Assembly (NCBI GenBank): GCA_009837085.1
Contig: VXUF01000158.1
Coordinates: 666 to 64,665, forward strand
Direction of reading: 5' to 3'
DNA length: 64,000 nt
Origin: Holophagales bacterium
Lineage (GTDB): Bacteria > Acidobacteriota > Thermoanaerobaculia > Multivoradales > Multivoraceae
The first letter of the stretch is position 1; each line of letters starts with the position of its first letter. Below, one piece after another: positions 20,368 through 29,999 of this stretch. The notes beneath the pieces were generated by a model. It was not told where the DNA came from and made no database searches. It saw only the letters and a program-made list of their open reading frames with translations. Position numbers and translations under genes: made by a program.

Positions 20368-21575
20368 CCCACCGCCGCCGTTCGGAGAGCCAGCAGCCGC
20401 TCGGCGTGCGCGACCAGCGGTTCGCTCTCGGTGACCAGGCCGAAGGGACAGCCCGCCGCGTCCGCCGCCTGCCCGTCGCGCTCGTCGTCCCCAAGGAACG
20501 TCGTGCGCGTCAGGTCGAGATGATGATCGCGCTGCGCCTGGAAGAGCATTCCCGGCGCCGGCTTGCGGCAGTCGCAGCCCTCGTCCCAGCCGTGGGGACA
20601 GAAGTAGATGCGATCGATCCTCCCGCCCGCGTCCTCGGCCTCGCCGCACAGGCGTCGATGCACCGCCGCCAGGTCGTCCAGCGTCATCCGCCCGCGGGCG
20701 ACTCCGGGCTGGTTCGACACGACGAGCACCCGCCAACCGGCCCGGTTGAAGGCGGCGAGCGCCTCGCGGGCTCCCGGCAGCCAGCGCAGCTCCTCGGGCG
20801 TGCAGACGTACTCCGCACGCGGCGGGCGCACGTTCAGGACGCCGTCGCGATCCAGGATGATCGTCGGCGAACGGGCGAAGAACGCCTCGGTCAACGGCAA
20901 CCGCTCGTGGCCGCCGACGCTGTAGTAGCGGTGCTCACTCCAGTAGGCGTGGAGTTCGCCCCGGGCGGTCAGTGCCGGATACACCGCCTCCTCGAACAGC
21001 TCCTGGTGATCCGGCAGGAGGGGCAGCACCGCCGATTTCTGAAGGATCGCGTAGCTGATCTCGACGCCGCTGAGCCCCGGAGTCGTCCGGCCGCGGTCGA
21101 AGACGGTGACGAAGCCGTCGTCGCCCACGATCACGCTGTCGCGGGTGTAGCCATCGCGGTTCGCGTAGACGGTGATCTGCGCCGCCGCCCCGGAGTCGAC
21201 GTAGGCGCGCCACATCCGGTCGAACTGCATCGGCCAGTAGTTGTCGCAGTAGAGGAGCAGGAACCGGTCGTCCAGTTCGCCGGCCGCGTCCTTGACCCGG
21301 TGCGCCGTCAGGTCATCCGGGGCCGTCACCCGGTGGCTGATCTCGACGCCGTAGGCCGAGCCGTCGCCGAAGTGGTCGATCATCGCCTCCGCCCGATAGC
21401 CGAGCAGCAGCAGGACACGCTCGAAGCCCTGCTCGCGCAGCATGTCGATCACATGGCCCAGGAACGGCTTGCCGTGGAACGGAATCAGCGCCTTGGGCAG
21501 AGTGTCCGTCAGGGGCGCCAGGCGGGTGCCCCGGCCGCCGGCCAGGATCACGGCCTGGGTAGGTCGGGAGTGCAT
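20364..21575 (-). CDS. Bifunctional sugar-1-phosphate nucleotidyltransferase / GmhB-type HAD heptose bisphosphate phosphatase
   Basis: N-terminal [13 protein letters not shown]...KALIPF nucleotidyltransferase. The C-terminal HAD-IIIA domain has [17 protein letters not shown], the zinc loop [14 protein letters not shown], and [10 protein letters not shown]. Confidence 0.85.
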   Translation of the reverse strand: MHSRPTQAVILAGGRGTRLAPLTDTLPKALIPFHGKPFLGHVIDMLREQGFERVLLLLGYRAEAMIDHFGDGSAYGVEISHRVTAPDDLTAHRVKDAAGELDDRFLLLYCDNYWPMQFDRMWRAYVDSGAAAQITVYANRDGYTRDSVIVGDDGFVTVFDRGRTTPGLSGVEISYAILQKSAVLPLLPDHQELFEEAVYPALTARGELHAYWSEHRYYSVGGHERLPLTEAFFARSPTIILDRDGVLNVRPPRAEYVCTPEELRWLPGAREALAAFNRAGWRVLVVSNQPGVARGRMTLDDLAAVHRRLCGEAEDAGGRIDRIYFCPHGWDEGCDCRKPAPGMLFQAQRDHHLDLTRTTFLGDDERDGQAADAAGCPFGLVTESEPLVAHAERLLALRTAAVG

Positions 21576-21627
21576 CGTTGGCTCGATCGTCGGCGCTTGG
21601 CTCGCCGTGAGGCCAGCCTACTCCGTT

Positions 21628-24114
21628 TCAGTTGCGAACGCGCTTGCCGCCAGGGTCGTACATGGGTCGGATGGAGGCCTCGGCAGGGACGCGGAGGCCA
21701 GCCACCTCGATCTCGAAGGGAAAGGGCAGTTCGGGGAAGTCCGGCAACAACGACATGGGGACGTAGCCGAGGCCGACGGCCGCTCCGAGGCTGTGGCCAT
21801 AGCTCCCGGAGGTGACGTAGCCGGCGATTTCGTCCCCCAGCCAGATCGGTTCGTAGTGGTAGAGCAGCGGCTGCGGATCCCGGAGCCTGAACTGGATCAG
21901 GCGCTTCGCGATGCCGCTCTCCTTCTGCCTGAGCAGTGCCTCGCGCCCGATGAAGCCGCCCGCCTTGTCGAACTTGACGGCGAACCCGAGGCCCGCTTCG
22001 AGCGGCGAGTCCTGATCCGTGATGTCGTGGCCCCAGTGACGGTAGGCCTTCTCGATGCGCAGCGAGTCCAGGGCGTGGTAGCCGGCATGGACGACGTCGA
22101 ACGCCTCGCCGGCAGCCAGGATCTCGTCGTAGACGCCGGCCACGAACTCCGTCGGAACGTAGAGCTCCCAACCGAGTTCGCCGACGTAGGTGATGCGCGA
22201 TGCCCGCACCAGGCCGTAGCCAAGCTCGATCTCGCGGCTCGTCGCGAACGGGAACGCGTCGTTGGCCAGGTTCGCCGGCGTCACGGACTGGAGAAGCGCG
22301 CGGGAAGCCGGGCCCATCAGGGAGATCACGCCCATCGCCGAGGTCACGTTCACAAGGACACAGTGCGCGTCGCCCGGAATGTGGCCCTTGAGCCAGTGAA
22401 AGTCCCGCACCTCGGAGGTGACGGCGCTGACGATCAGGAAGCTGTCTTCCGCCAGCCGCGTCACCGTTAGATCCGCCTCGATGCCGCCGCACTCGTTGAG
22501 CCACTGGGTGTAGACGATGCGGCCGGGCGGCACGTCGACGTCGTTGGCGCAGACCCGGTTGAGCACCCTGGCCGCATCCCGGCCCTCCAGGCGGAACTTC
22601 GCGAACGACGACTGGTCGAACAGTCCCACGTTCTCCCGCACGGCCCGATGCTCGGCGGCCGAGTACTCGAACCAGTTCTGGCGTCCGTAGCTGTACTCGT
22701 AGCGGGCCGGCACGCCCTTCGGCGCGTACCAGTTCGGCCGCTCCCATCCTGCGAGTTCCCCGTGGCAGGCGCCGGCGGTCTCCAGGCGGTCGTACAGCGG
22801 TGACCGGCGCACGCCCCTTGCCGTCTCGAACTGGCGATACGGGTAGTGCATGGCGTAGAGGAGGCCCAGACTCTCGGAGACCCGCTCGCGCAGGTACCTC
22901 CGGTTGCCCTGGAAGGGCATGTTGCGGCGCACGTCGACTTCCCACAGATCGGCCGGCGGATGCCCGTCGAGAATCCACTCGGCAACCACCTTGCCGATCC
23001 CGCCGGCGGACTGGATTCCGATCGAGTTCAGGCCGGCCGCGACGAAGCAGTTCTCGCACTCTGGCGCCGGGCCGACGTGGTAGCGGACGTCCGGCGTGAA
23101 GCTCTCCGGGCCGCAGAAGAGCTGCACGACCTCGGCCGACTGAAGGGCCGGCATGCGCTCCCTGGCGCCCCGTAGCAACGGCTCGAAGTGCTCGCGGTTG
23201 GCGGGGATCTCGTCGAAGCAGAAGTCCTCGGGGATGCCGTCCGTGCCCCAGGGCCGCGCGCTCGGCTCGAAGACGCCGACGATCAGCTTGCCCGCGTCGT
23301 ACCTGAAGTACGAGATGGCGTCGTAGTCCCGCACGACGGGCAGGTTCGCATCGAGTCCCTCAACGTCGTCGAACCGGACGTAGTAGTGCTCGCAGGCATG
23401 CAGCGGAACGTTGACGCCGATAGAGGCGGCCAGCTCCCGGGTCCACATGCCGGCGCAGAGGACGACGCAGTCGGCATCGATGTCACCCTGCTCCGTCGCG
23501 ACGCCCATGACGCGTCCCCCGGCGGTGCGAACGGAGGTCACCGGCACCTGCTCGACGATCCGGGCGCCGGCGGAGCGGGCGGCCGCGGCCAGCGCCAGGG
23601 TGACGTCCGTCGGACTCGCGTAGCCGTCGCCGGGGATGTGCAGTCCGCCGAGCAGGTCGGACGTCTCGAGCAGCGGCACCCGCTCCCCGATCGTCTTCGC
23701 CGTCACCACATTGACCGGCAGCCCGAGCACCTTCGCCAGTGAAGCCGCGCGCCTGAGTTCCTCGAACCGCTCGGGGTCGGCGGTGACCGAGAAGGAGCCG
23801 CAGCGGCGGTAGCCAGTCGACTGTCCCGTCTCTTGCTCAAGGCGAGCGTAGAGCTCGCTCGTGTAGCGAGCGAGGTTCGTCATCGTGACCGACTGCCGCA
23901 ACTGGCCGAGCAGGCCGGCGGCATGCCAGGTCGTGCCGGAAGTGATCTGCCGGCGCTCGAGCAGCAGCACATCGGAGCACCCCGAGCGTGCGAGGTGGTA
24001 GGCGACCGAGCAACCGATCACGCCACCGCCGATCACGATCACGCTCGCGCGGCGCGGCAACTCCGCCGCGCCCTGACGCCCTGGTTCTCGCTCTCGTCCG
24101 GTATCCGGGCGCAT
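21628..24114 (-). CDS. FAD-dependent oxidoreductase fused to GcvT-like folate-binding domain (dimethylglycine/sarcosine dehydrogenase family)
   Basis: VIVIGGGVIGCSVAYHLA DAO-type Rossmann fold plus an aminomethyltransferase-like C-terminal half, 828 aa. Confidence 0.85.
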   Translation of the reverse strand: MRPDTGREREPGRQGAAELPRRASVIVIGGGVIGCSVAYHLARSGCSDVLLLERRQITSGTTWHAAGLLGQLRQSVTMTNLARYTSELYARLEQETGQSTGYRRCGSFSVTADPERFEELRRAASLAKVLGLPVNVVTAKTIGERVPLLETSDLLGGLHIPGDGYASPTDVTLALAAAARSAGARIVEQVPVTSVRTAGGRVMGVATEQGDIDADCVVLCAGMWTRELAASIGVNVPLHACEHYYVRFDDVEGLDANLPVVRDYDAISYFRYDAGKLIVGVFEPSARPWGTDGIPEDFCFDEIPANREHFEPLLRGARERMPALQSAEVVQLFCGPESFTPDVRYHVGPAPECENCFVAAGLNSIGIQSAGGIGKVVAEWILDGHPPADLWEVDVRRNMPFQGNRRYLRERVSESLGLLYAMHYPYRQFETARGVRRSPLYDRLETAGACHGELAGWERPNWYAPKGVPARYEYSYGRQNWFEYSAAEHRAVRENVGLFDQSSFAKFRLEGRDAARVLNRVCANDVDVPPGRIVYTQWLNECGGIEADLTVTRLAEDSFLIVSAVTSEVRDFHWLKGHIPGDAHCVLVNVTSAMGVISLMGPASRALLQSVTPANLANDAFPFATSREIELGYGLVRASRITYVGELGWELYVPTEFVAGVYDEILAAGEAFDVVHAGYHALDSLRIEKAYRHWGHDITDQDSPLEAGLGFAVKFDKAGGFIGREALLRQKESGIAKRLIQFRLRDPQPLLYHYEPIWLGDEIAGYVTSGSYGHSLGAAVGLGYVPMSLLPDFPELPFPFEIEVAGLRVPAEASIRPMYDPGGKRVRN

Positions 24115-24151
24115 CTTCGTTCGAGGTTCGTTTGAGACTCGTTCCGGATGC

Positions 24152-25591
24152 TCAGCCGAGCAGGCTCTTCGCCCGCTGCGCCGCCCTGATCCCGCCGCCG
24201 ATCGCGCCGTCGATGAAGCCGCGCCAGCCTTCCCCGTGGTCGCCCGAGCCGAACAGGATGCGGCCCCGGTCCCGCTGGAACTCGTCGTAGTGGCGGCTCA
24301 CCCAGCCCGGCCGGTACACGGCCCAGGTGCCCCGCGAGTACGGGTCGCCGTTCCAGTCGTGGCTCATGCTGCCGATCAGCTCTGCGCGCGGGACGTGAGC
24401 CCGCAGCGCCCGCTGCACCGCGTCGCCGTCGTTCACGTCGAGGTCGGCGGGGTCCTTGCCGAACGCCACCAGCAGCGTGTAGTTCGCGGCCTGCTTGTAG
24501 GTCATCACGAAGTCGATCGGCTCGTCGATCGCGTAGGTGGCGACATTGCCGACATCGCCTTCGGCCTTGAGCAGGAGCTTGAAGCCGGCGCCGGCGTGGC
24601 GCTGCCGGCCCGCCTCGACCACGCCGGCGGCGAGCGGGGGGTCGAAGGCGACGTCCGCGATCGTGTTCATCGGCAGGCAGCAGATGACGGCCCGGCACTG
24701 GATCTCCTCGCCCGCGCCGGTGCACACCACGGCCCCGTCACCGCGGTCGCGGATGGACTCGACGGGCGTCTCGAGTCTCGCCTCGAGTCCCGCGTCGTCA
24801 ACCATCGCCTGGAGCAGGCCCCGCGTGCCGCGCTTCAGCTTGAAGCGCGCGACGGAGTCTTCTACCGTCGGCAGGAAACCGCCGCCGGCGAGGTGCCAGC
24901 GCATCAGCTCCAGGTACGACATCGTCTCCGGCTGGCCGTTCGCCATGATCGCGATGACGGCTCGCAGATAGTTCCGCTGGAGGGACGAGAGTTCGAGCCG
25001 CTCGATGTGGTCCGTCGCGCTGATACGGTCCGCGGCGAGCGCGGCGTCGCGGTTGTGGAGGATGTCCCACGCCCGCGGAACGATCCATCGCGCCTCCGCG
25101 TGGTAGAGCCGCCAGGCCTCGTAGGTTTCGGCGTACCGGGCCTCCGTCAGCCGGATGCGCTCGCCGTCCGCGATCAGGTAGCCGGTATCCGCCACCGCAC
25201 CGGGGGTCTGCTCGATCTCCAGGCCGTAGCGTTCCTTCTCGGCCCAGACGAAGGGCTGGGTGTGGTGGATCCAGGTGCCCCCGAGTTCGACCTGGTCGCC
25301 GTCGAAGTCAGCGGTCCAGGTGCGGCCGCCGAGCCGGTCGCGCGCCTCGAGCAGCAGCGTCGAGTAGCCGTTCTTCATCGAATCGCGCGCGGCGGCGACA
25401 CCGGCGAAGCCACCGCCAACCACCACGACATCGACATCGTGCCCGCGAACGGCGGACCGGCGGCGCGTGGAAGCGGCGGCGGCGGCGCTTGCCAGGACTG
25501 CCTTCCCCGCGAACAGCGATGACACCCCGACGACGAACTGCCGGCGACTGGCGGTTGCGCTTGCCAAGTTCGGCGCCACGGTTGGAGTCAT
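24152..25591 (-). CDS. Flavin-containing amine oxidase family protein with Tat-type signal
   Basis: ATG 25591 gives MTPTVAPNLASATASRRQFVVGVSSLFAG. Dinucleotide fold VDVVVVGGGFAGVAAA. Confidence 0.8.
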   Translation of the reverse strand: MTPTVAPNLASATASRRQFVVGVSSLFAGKAVLASAAAAASTRRRSAVRGHDVDVVVVGGGFAGVAAARDSMKNGYSTLLLEARDRLGGRTWTADFDGDQVELGGTWIHHTQPFVWAEKERYGLEIEQTPGAVADTGYLIADGERIRLTEARYAETYEAWRLYHAEARWIVPRAWDILHNRDAALAADRISATDHIERLELSSLQRNYLRAVIAIMANGQPETMSYLELMRWHLAGGGFLPTVEDSVARFKLKRGTRGLLQAMVDDAGLEARLETPVESIRDRGDGAVVCTGAGEEIQCRAVICCLPMNTIADVAFDPPLAAGVVEAGRQRHAGAGFKLLLKAEGDVGNVATYAIDEPIDFVMTYKQAANYTLLVAFGKDPADLDVNDGDAVQRALRAHVPRAELIGSMSHDWNGDPYSRGTWAVYRPGWVSRHYDEFQRDRGRILFGSGDHGEGWRGFIDGAIGGGIRAAQRAKSLLG

Positions 25592-25620
25592 GGTCGCGCG
25601 GAAGACTCTAGCGGAACCGA

Positions 25621-27579
25621 ATGTACACTCGACTCCAGGCAATGACACCAACCCGGAAGCCGCGACGGTTCGGAGACGACATCAGCCGTCGCGACTTTCT
25701 CTCGGGGATTCCCGTCGCGCTGACCGGCGCCGCCCTGGCCTGCCGGGACGTACCCGCGTTCCAGCGGGAAATCGAACGCGAGGGCGCGGCGGCCTATCCG
25801 CCGCTGCGCACGGGAATGCGCGGCTCCCACCCCGGCTCGTTCGAAGTCGCGCACGAACTGGTCCAGGAGGGCCGGGAGTGGACGGCCACCGAAACCGGCG
25901 AAGCGTATGACCTGGTGGTCGTGGGCGCCGGCATCTCGGGACTGGCGGCCGCGCACTACTTCTCGAAGCAGGCGGGCCCGGACGCCCGCGTGCTGCTGCT
26001 CGACAACCACGACGACTTCGGCGGCCACGCGAAGCGCAACGAGTTCCGGCTCGACGGGCGGACCTACCTGATGAGCGGCGGCACCCTGTACGTCGAGGCG
26101 CCCTCCCAGTACGGGGACATCGCGGGGGGCCTCCTCGAGGAGATCGGGATCGACCGCGGGCGCTACTACGAGTCCGTCGCCTCGGTAGCGGACACGTACG
26201 AGAACCTGGGGCTTGAGCAGGGCATGTTCTTCGACCGCGAGACATTCGGCACGGACATGCTGGTTGCCGGTGTCGGGAGTCGCCCCTTCGCGGAGTTTCT
26301 CGCCGACACGCCACTGTCGGAGACGGTCCGGGCCGATCTGATCCGGCTCCACAGCGAGGAGCAGCCGGACTACCTGCCGGACCTCTCGCCGGCCGGGAAG
26401 AAGGCGTACCTTGCCACCATCAGCTACAGGGACTTTCTCCTCGAACACGCGAAATGCGATCCGGGCGTGGTCCGGTTCTTCGACTACCGGCCCAAGAGCA
26501 TCTACTGCACCGGAATCGACGCGTATCCGGCGCGCTACGCCTGGGAGGAGGGCCTGCCCGGCTTCTCGGGCATGGAGATTCCGGAGACGCCCCCGGATCT
26601 GCTGGCGGACGAGCCGGGCGGCCAGCACGGCCGGGAGAACCAGGCCCGGGCGTACGAGGGAGATCCCGACGTCTACTTCCCGGACGGAAACGCCACAATC
26701 GCCCGGCTCCTCGTGCGGGGGCTTGTTCCGGGCAGCGTCCCGGGATCGACCATGGAGGACGTGGTCATGGCGCCCCTCGACTACGGGATGCTGGATCGGG
26801 CGGGAAACCGCACCCGGATCCGGCTGTCCTCGACCGTGATCCGGGTCGAGCCCGGGCAGGGTGGCCCGGCCCGGGTCACCTACGTCCGGGACGACCAGGG
26901 GCACACCGTCACGGCCGGACGGGTCATTCTCGCCTGCTGGCACAACATCGTTCCCCATCTGGTTCCCGAACTGCCGGAATCCCAGCGGGACGCGCTCTCC
27001 TGGCCGGTCAAGTCGCCGCTCCAGTACACGAGCGTGCTGCTGCGGAACTGGCGCGCCTTCACCGAGGCCGGCGTCTCCTACATCGAGGCCCCAGGTGGCT
27101 ACCACACCTCGGTGGGGCTCGCCGAACAGCTCTCGCTCGGGGACTACCGGACGTCGACCTCGCCAGACGAGCCGCTGGTGATCTCGATGTACCGCTATCC
27201 GTGCGAGCCGGGCCTGTCCCGGCGCGACCAGCATCGAGCCGGCCGGATGGACCTTCTCCGCACCACGTTCGAGACGGTGGAAGCCAACATCCGGGACCAG
27301 CTCAACCGGATGCTCGGTCCAAGCGGTTTCGACGACCAGCGCGACATCGCGGCGATCACGGTCAACCGCTGGCCGCACGGCTACACCTACACTTACAACC
27401 CGCTCTTCGATCCGCCGGAGTGGGCCTTCGAGGCGGGCGACGACAGGCCCGTGGTGACGGCGAGGCAACCCTTCGGCCGGGTCGCCATCGCGGGCGCCGA
27501 CGCCGCCGCGAGCCCCCACACGGACGCGGCGATCCAAGAGGCTCACCGGGCGGTGAAGGAGGTACTCGCGGCGGACTGA
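25621..27579 (+). CDS. Tat-exported NAD(P)/FAD-dependent oxidoreductase, spermidine-dehydrogenase (SpdH)-like
   Basis: ISRRDFLSG twin-arginine motif, YDLVVVGAGISGLAAAHYF, 652 aa. The SpdH similarity is from memory of that family only. Confidence 0.65.
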   Translation: MYTRLQAMTPTRKPRRFGDDISRRDFLSGIPVALTGAALACRDVPAFQREIEREGAAAYPPLRTGMRGSHPGSFEVAHELVQEGREWTATETGEAYDLVVVGAGISGLAAAHYFSKQAGPDARVLLLDNHDDFGGHAKRNEFRLDGRTYLMSGGTLYVEAPSQYGDIAGGLLEEIGIDRGRYYESVASVADTYENLGLEQGMFFDRETFGTDMLVAGVGSRPFAEFLADTPLSETVRADLIRLHSEEQPDYLPDLSPAGKKAYLATISYRDFLLEHAKCDPGVVRFFDYRPKSIYCTGIDAYPARYAWEEGLPGFSGMEIPETPPDLLADEPGGQHGRENQARAYEGDPDVYFPDGNATIARLLVRGLVPGSVPGSTMEDVVMAPLDYGMLDRAGNRTRIRLSSTVIRVEPGQGGPARVTYVRDDQGHTVTAGRVILACWHNIVPHLVPELPESQRDALSWPVKSPLQYTSVLLRNWRAFTEAGVSYIEAPGGYHTSVGLAEQLSLGDYRTSTSPDEPLVISMYRYPCEPGLSRRDQHRAGRMDLLRTTFETVEANIRDQLNRMLGPSGFDDQRDIAAITVNRWPHGYTYTYNPLFDPPEWAFEAGDDRPVVTARQPFGRVAIAGADAAASPHTDAAIQEAHRAVKEVLAAD

Positions 27580-27627
27580 CGGACGGCCCGGGATATGGTG
27601 CAGATGGAATCCGTTCACGGGGTTGCC

Positions 27628-29076
27628 ATGCGATATCGCCACCTGCAAGCGCTGGCCCTCCTTCCACTTGCAGCGCTCGCCCTGGCCTGCAGCGCCGATC
27701 CTGAGTCGGCGCTCGAGCCGGCGGCCGAGGCACCGCGGCGCGTCTTCCTGATCACGGTCGACACGCTGCGCGCCGATCACCTGGGCTGGCATGGCTATCC
27801 CCGGGACACGAGTCCGCGGCTCGACGAATGGGTCGAGCGCGGTGTCGTCTTCGAGAGGGCGATCGTCCAGTGGCCGAAGACCGGACCGTCCTTCGCCTCG
27901 ATGTTCACGAGCCTCTACCCGCACACGACCGGACTGATCAACACGGCCGCGCAGACGATCCCCGACGACTACCTCGCGCTGCCGGCATGGTTCCAGGAAC
28001 GCGGCTTCACGACGGCGGCGGTGATCTCCAACCCGGTGCTGAGCCGGGAACTTGGCTGGGGCCGCGGCTTCGACCGCTACGAGCAGACCTGGGTCGACCA
28101 GGCGACGCTCGACGCCGTCGACGAACTCCCGATCGAGCAGCGGCCGATGGCGTTCCGGCGTCACGTGTGGGCCGACCGCGTGAACGAACTCGCCCTGCCC
28201 CTGCTGGCCTCCCTGGTATCCGAGGAGCGGCTCTTCGTCTGGCTGCACTACACCGACCCGCACGTCCCCTACCTGCTCCAGCCCGGCACCGGGAATCCGT
28301 TTCTGGACGATGAGCACTATGTCGGCGACGAAATCGTCGACCTGACGGGTGCCGAGGGACGCGCGCTCGGCGACCACCGGGAACTCCGCTACTACGTGGC
28401 CCAGTACGACGCGAATGTGTGGGTCACGGATCGCGCGATCGGCGCCATCCTGGACGAGATTGCCGCCCTCGGCATGGAGGACGGGAGCCTGTTCGTGGTG
28501 ACCGCCGACCACGGCGAGGAACTGAACGAGCACGGAGTGCCTTTCGAGCACGGTCCGGTGCCCTACAACAGCAGCGTCCACGTGCCGCTGGTCGTCGTCG
28601 GCGAACCCTGGGTCGACAGAGGCGCACGCGTCGAGCAGCCGGTCGAGTTGATCGGCCTCTTCCCCACCCTGGTCGAGCTACTGGGCGAACCGATGCCCGA
28701 GGGCTTCGAGGGCCGGAGCTGGACGCCTCTGCTGCGGGAACAGCCCGAGACCGACGAAGCCGGTACCGGCGCCGTCGCGGATCCAATCGCTTTCGCCGAT
28801 GCCGGGGCCTACCAGCGTCACCTGCGGAGCATCCAGGACGGCGAGTGGCAACTCGTCCTGCGTCCGCCGAACCGGGACCATGAGAAGCCGACGATCGAGC
28901 TCTACCACCTGCCGTCCGACCCGCTGCAACTCAAGGACGTGGCCTCCGAGTTTCCGGATGTCATGGACCGGCTCGGTCGACGCCTGAGCAGATGGATCCG
29001 CGATTCGCCGCAGAACGTGGCCCCACACACCGAGGCCGCGCGCAAGGCGCTCGAGGCGATGGGCTACCTGGAGTGA
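27628..29076 (+). CDS. Sulfatase-fold (alkaline phosphatase superfamily) lipoprotein lacking the formylglycine motif
   Basis: MRYRHLQALALLPLAALALACS lipoprotein signal. Metal site ITVDTLRADHLG and TADHGEEL. The nucleophile segment reads KTGPSFASMFTSLYP where sulfatases have C/SxPxRxxxLTG. Confidence 0.8.
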   Translation: MRYRHLQALALLPLAALALACSADPESALEPAAEAPRRVFLITVDTLRADHLGWHGYPRDTSPRLDEWVERGVVFERAIVQWPKTGPSFASMFTSLYPHTTGLINTAAQTIPDDYLALPAWFQERGFTTAAVISNPVLSRELGWGRGFDRYEQTWVDQATLDAVDELPIEQRPMAFRRHVWADRVNELALPLLASLVSEERLFVWLHYTDPHVPYLLQPGTGNPFLDDEHYVGDEIVDLTGAEGRALGDHRELRYYVAQYDANVWVTDRAIGAILDEIAALGMEDGSLFVVTADHGEELNEHGVPFEHGPVPYNSSVHVPLVVVGEPWVDRGARVEQPVELIGLFPTLVELLGEPMPEGFEGRSWTPLLREQPETDEAGTGAVADPIAFADAGAYQRHLRSIQDGEWQLVLRPPNRDHEKPTIELYHLPSDPLQLKDVASEFPDVMDRLGRRLSRWIRDSPQNVAPHTEAARKALEAMGYLE

Positions 29077-29978
29077 CAGAGGACGAGGCAGGGACGCCGC
29101 CGTTCACGATCGAGCGCGTCAGCGTCATCATCCCCTGCCTGAACGCCGCCGAGACCCTGGACGCGCAGCTCGAAGCGCTCCGCCGGCAGACCTGGCAGGG
29201 CGAGATCGAAGTGCTGGTCGCGGACAACGGGTCGACCGACGGTTCGGTCGAAGTCGCCGCGTCCTGGCGCGACCGGCTGCCCGGCCTGCGCGTCATACCC
29301 GCCGCCGACCGAAAGGGGCCGGCGCACGCCAGGAACGTCGCCGCGGCAGCAGCCACGGGTGACGTGCTCCTGTTCTGCGACGCGGACGACGTAGTCGCCG
29401 ACGGCTGGATCGACGGCCTCGTGCCTGAGCTGGAGCGCCATGAGGCGGCGGCGAGCCGTCACGAGATCGAGCGTCTGAACGGCGAGCAGGCGCGACGGCT
29501 GCACGGCGACCCCGCACAGCAGCACGGCCTGTGCAGCTACACGAACCCTTCCTTCCTCGACCACGCCGGCGGCTGCGGGCTGGGTGTACGGCGCCACGTC
29601 TTCGAAGAGCTCGGCGGTTTCGACGAGGAGTACGTTGCGCTGGAGGACACCGATCTCTGCTGGCGCCTGCAGCTCGGCGGCTACAGCCTCGTCTTCGCGC
29701 CCGAGGCGATCGTCCACGTGCGGTTCCCGGCAACCTTGGCGGACGCCTTCCGCCAGGCGGCGCGCTACGGGCGCTACAACGTCTACATCTACACGCGGTA
29801 CCGGACACGCGGCATGCCGCGGCTGCGGGCACTGCCGGGCCTGTTGCGACTCGGGTCGCTGCTGCTTCGGAGTCCACAACTCCTATCGAGATCGGCCCGG
29901 GGCCGGTGGATCTGGCTCGCCGGCTGGAGGTTGGGGCGGCTCCGGGGCTGCCTGCGCTACCGTACGTTGGCGTTCTAG
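29073..29978 (+). CDS. Glycosyltransferase family 2
   Basis: VSVIIPCLNAAETL, ADNGSTDGS and FCDADD (DxD). GTG 29073 overlaps the upstream stop (GTGA). Confidence 0.85.
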   Translation: MTEDEAGTPPFTIERVSVIIPCLNAAETLDAQLEALRRQTWQGEIEVLVADNGSTDGSVEVAASWRDRLPGLRVIPAADRKGPAHARNVAAAAATGDVLLFCDADDVVADGWIDGLVPELERHEAAASRHEIERLNGEQARRLHGDPAQQHGLCSYTNPSFLDHAGGCGLGVRRHVFEELGGFDEEYVALEDTDLCWRLQLGGYSLVFAPEAIVHVRFPATLADAFRQAARYGRYNVYIYTRYRTRGMPRLRALPGLLRLGSLLLRSPQLLSRSARGRWIWLAGWRLGRLRGCLRYRTLAF

Positions 29979-29999
29979 TTCCCTGACAGGAGGAAACAG

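Noticed and set aside
25588-28581. 997-aa ORF on the minus strand
   Set aside because: It is antisense to two well-supported plus-strand genes (SpdH-like oxidoreductase and sulfatase-fold lipoprotein). Its composition is dominated by R/G/P/A/V with no recognisable motifs. Long stop-free antisense frames are expected at this GC content.
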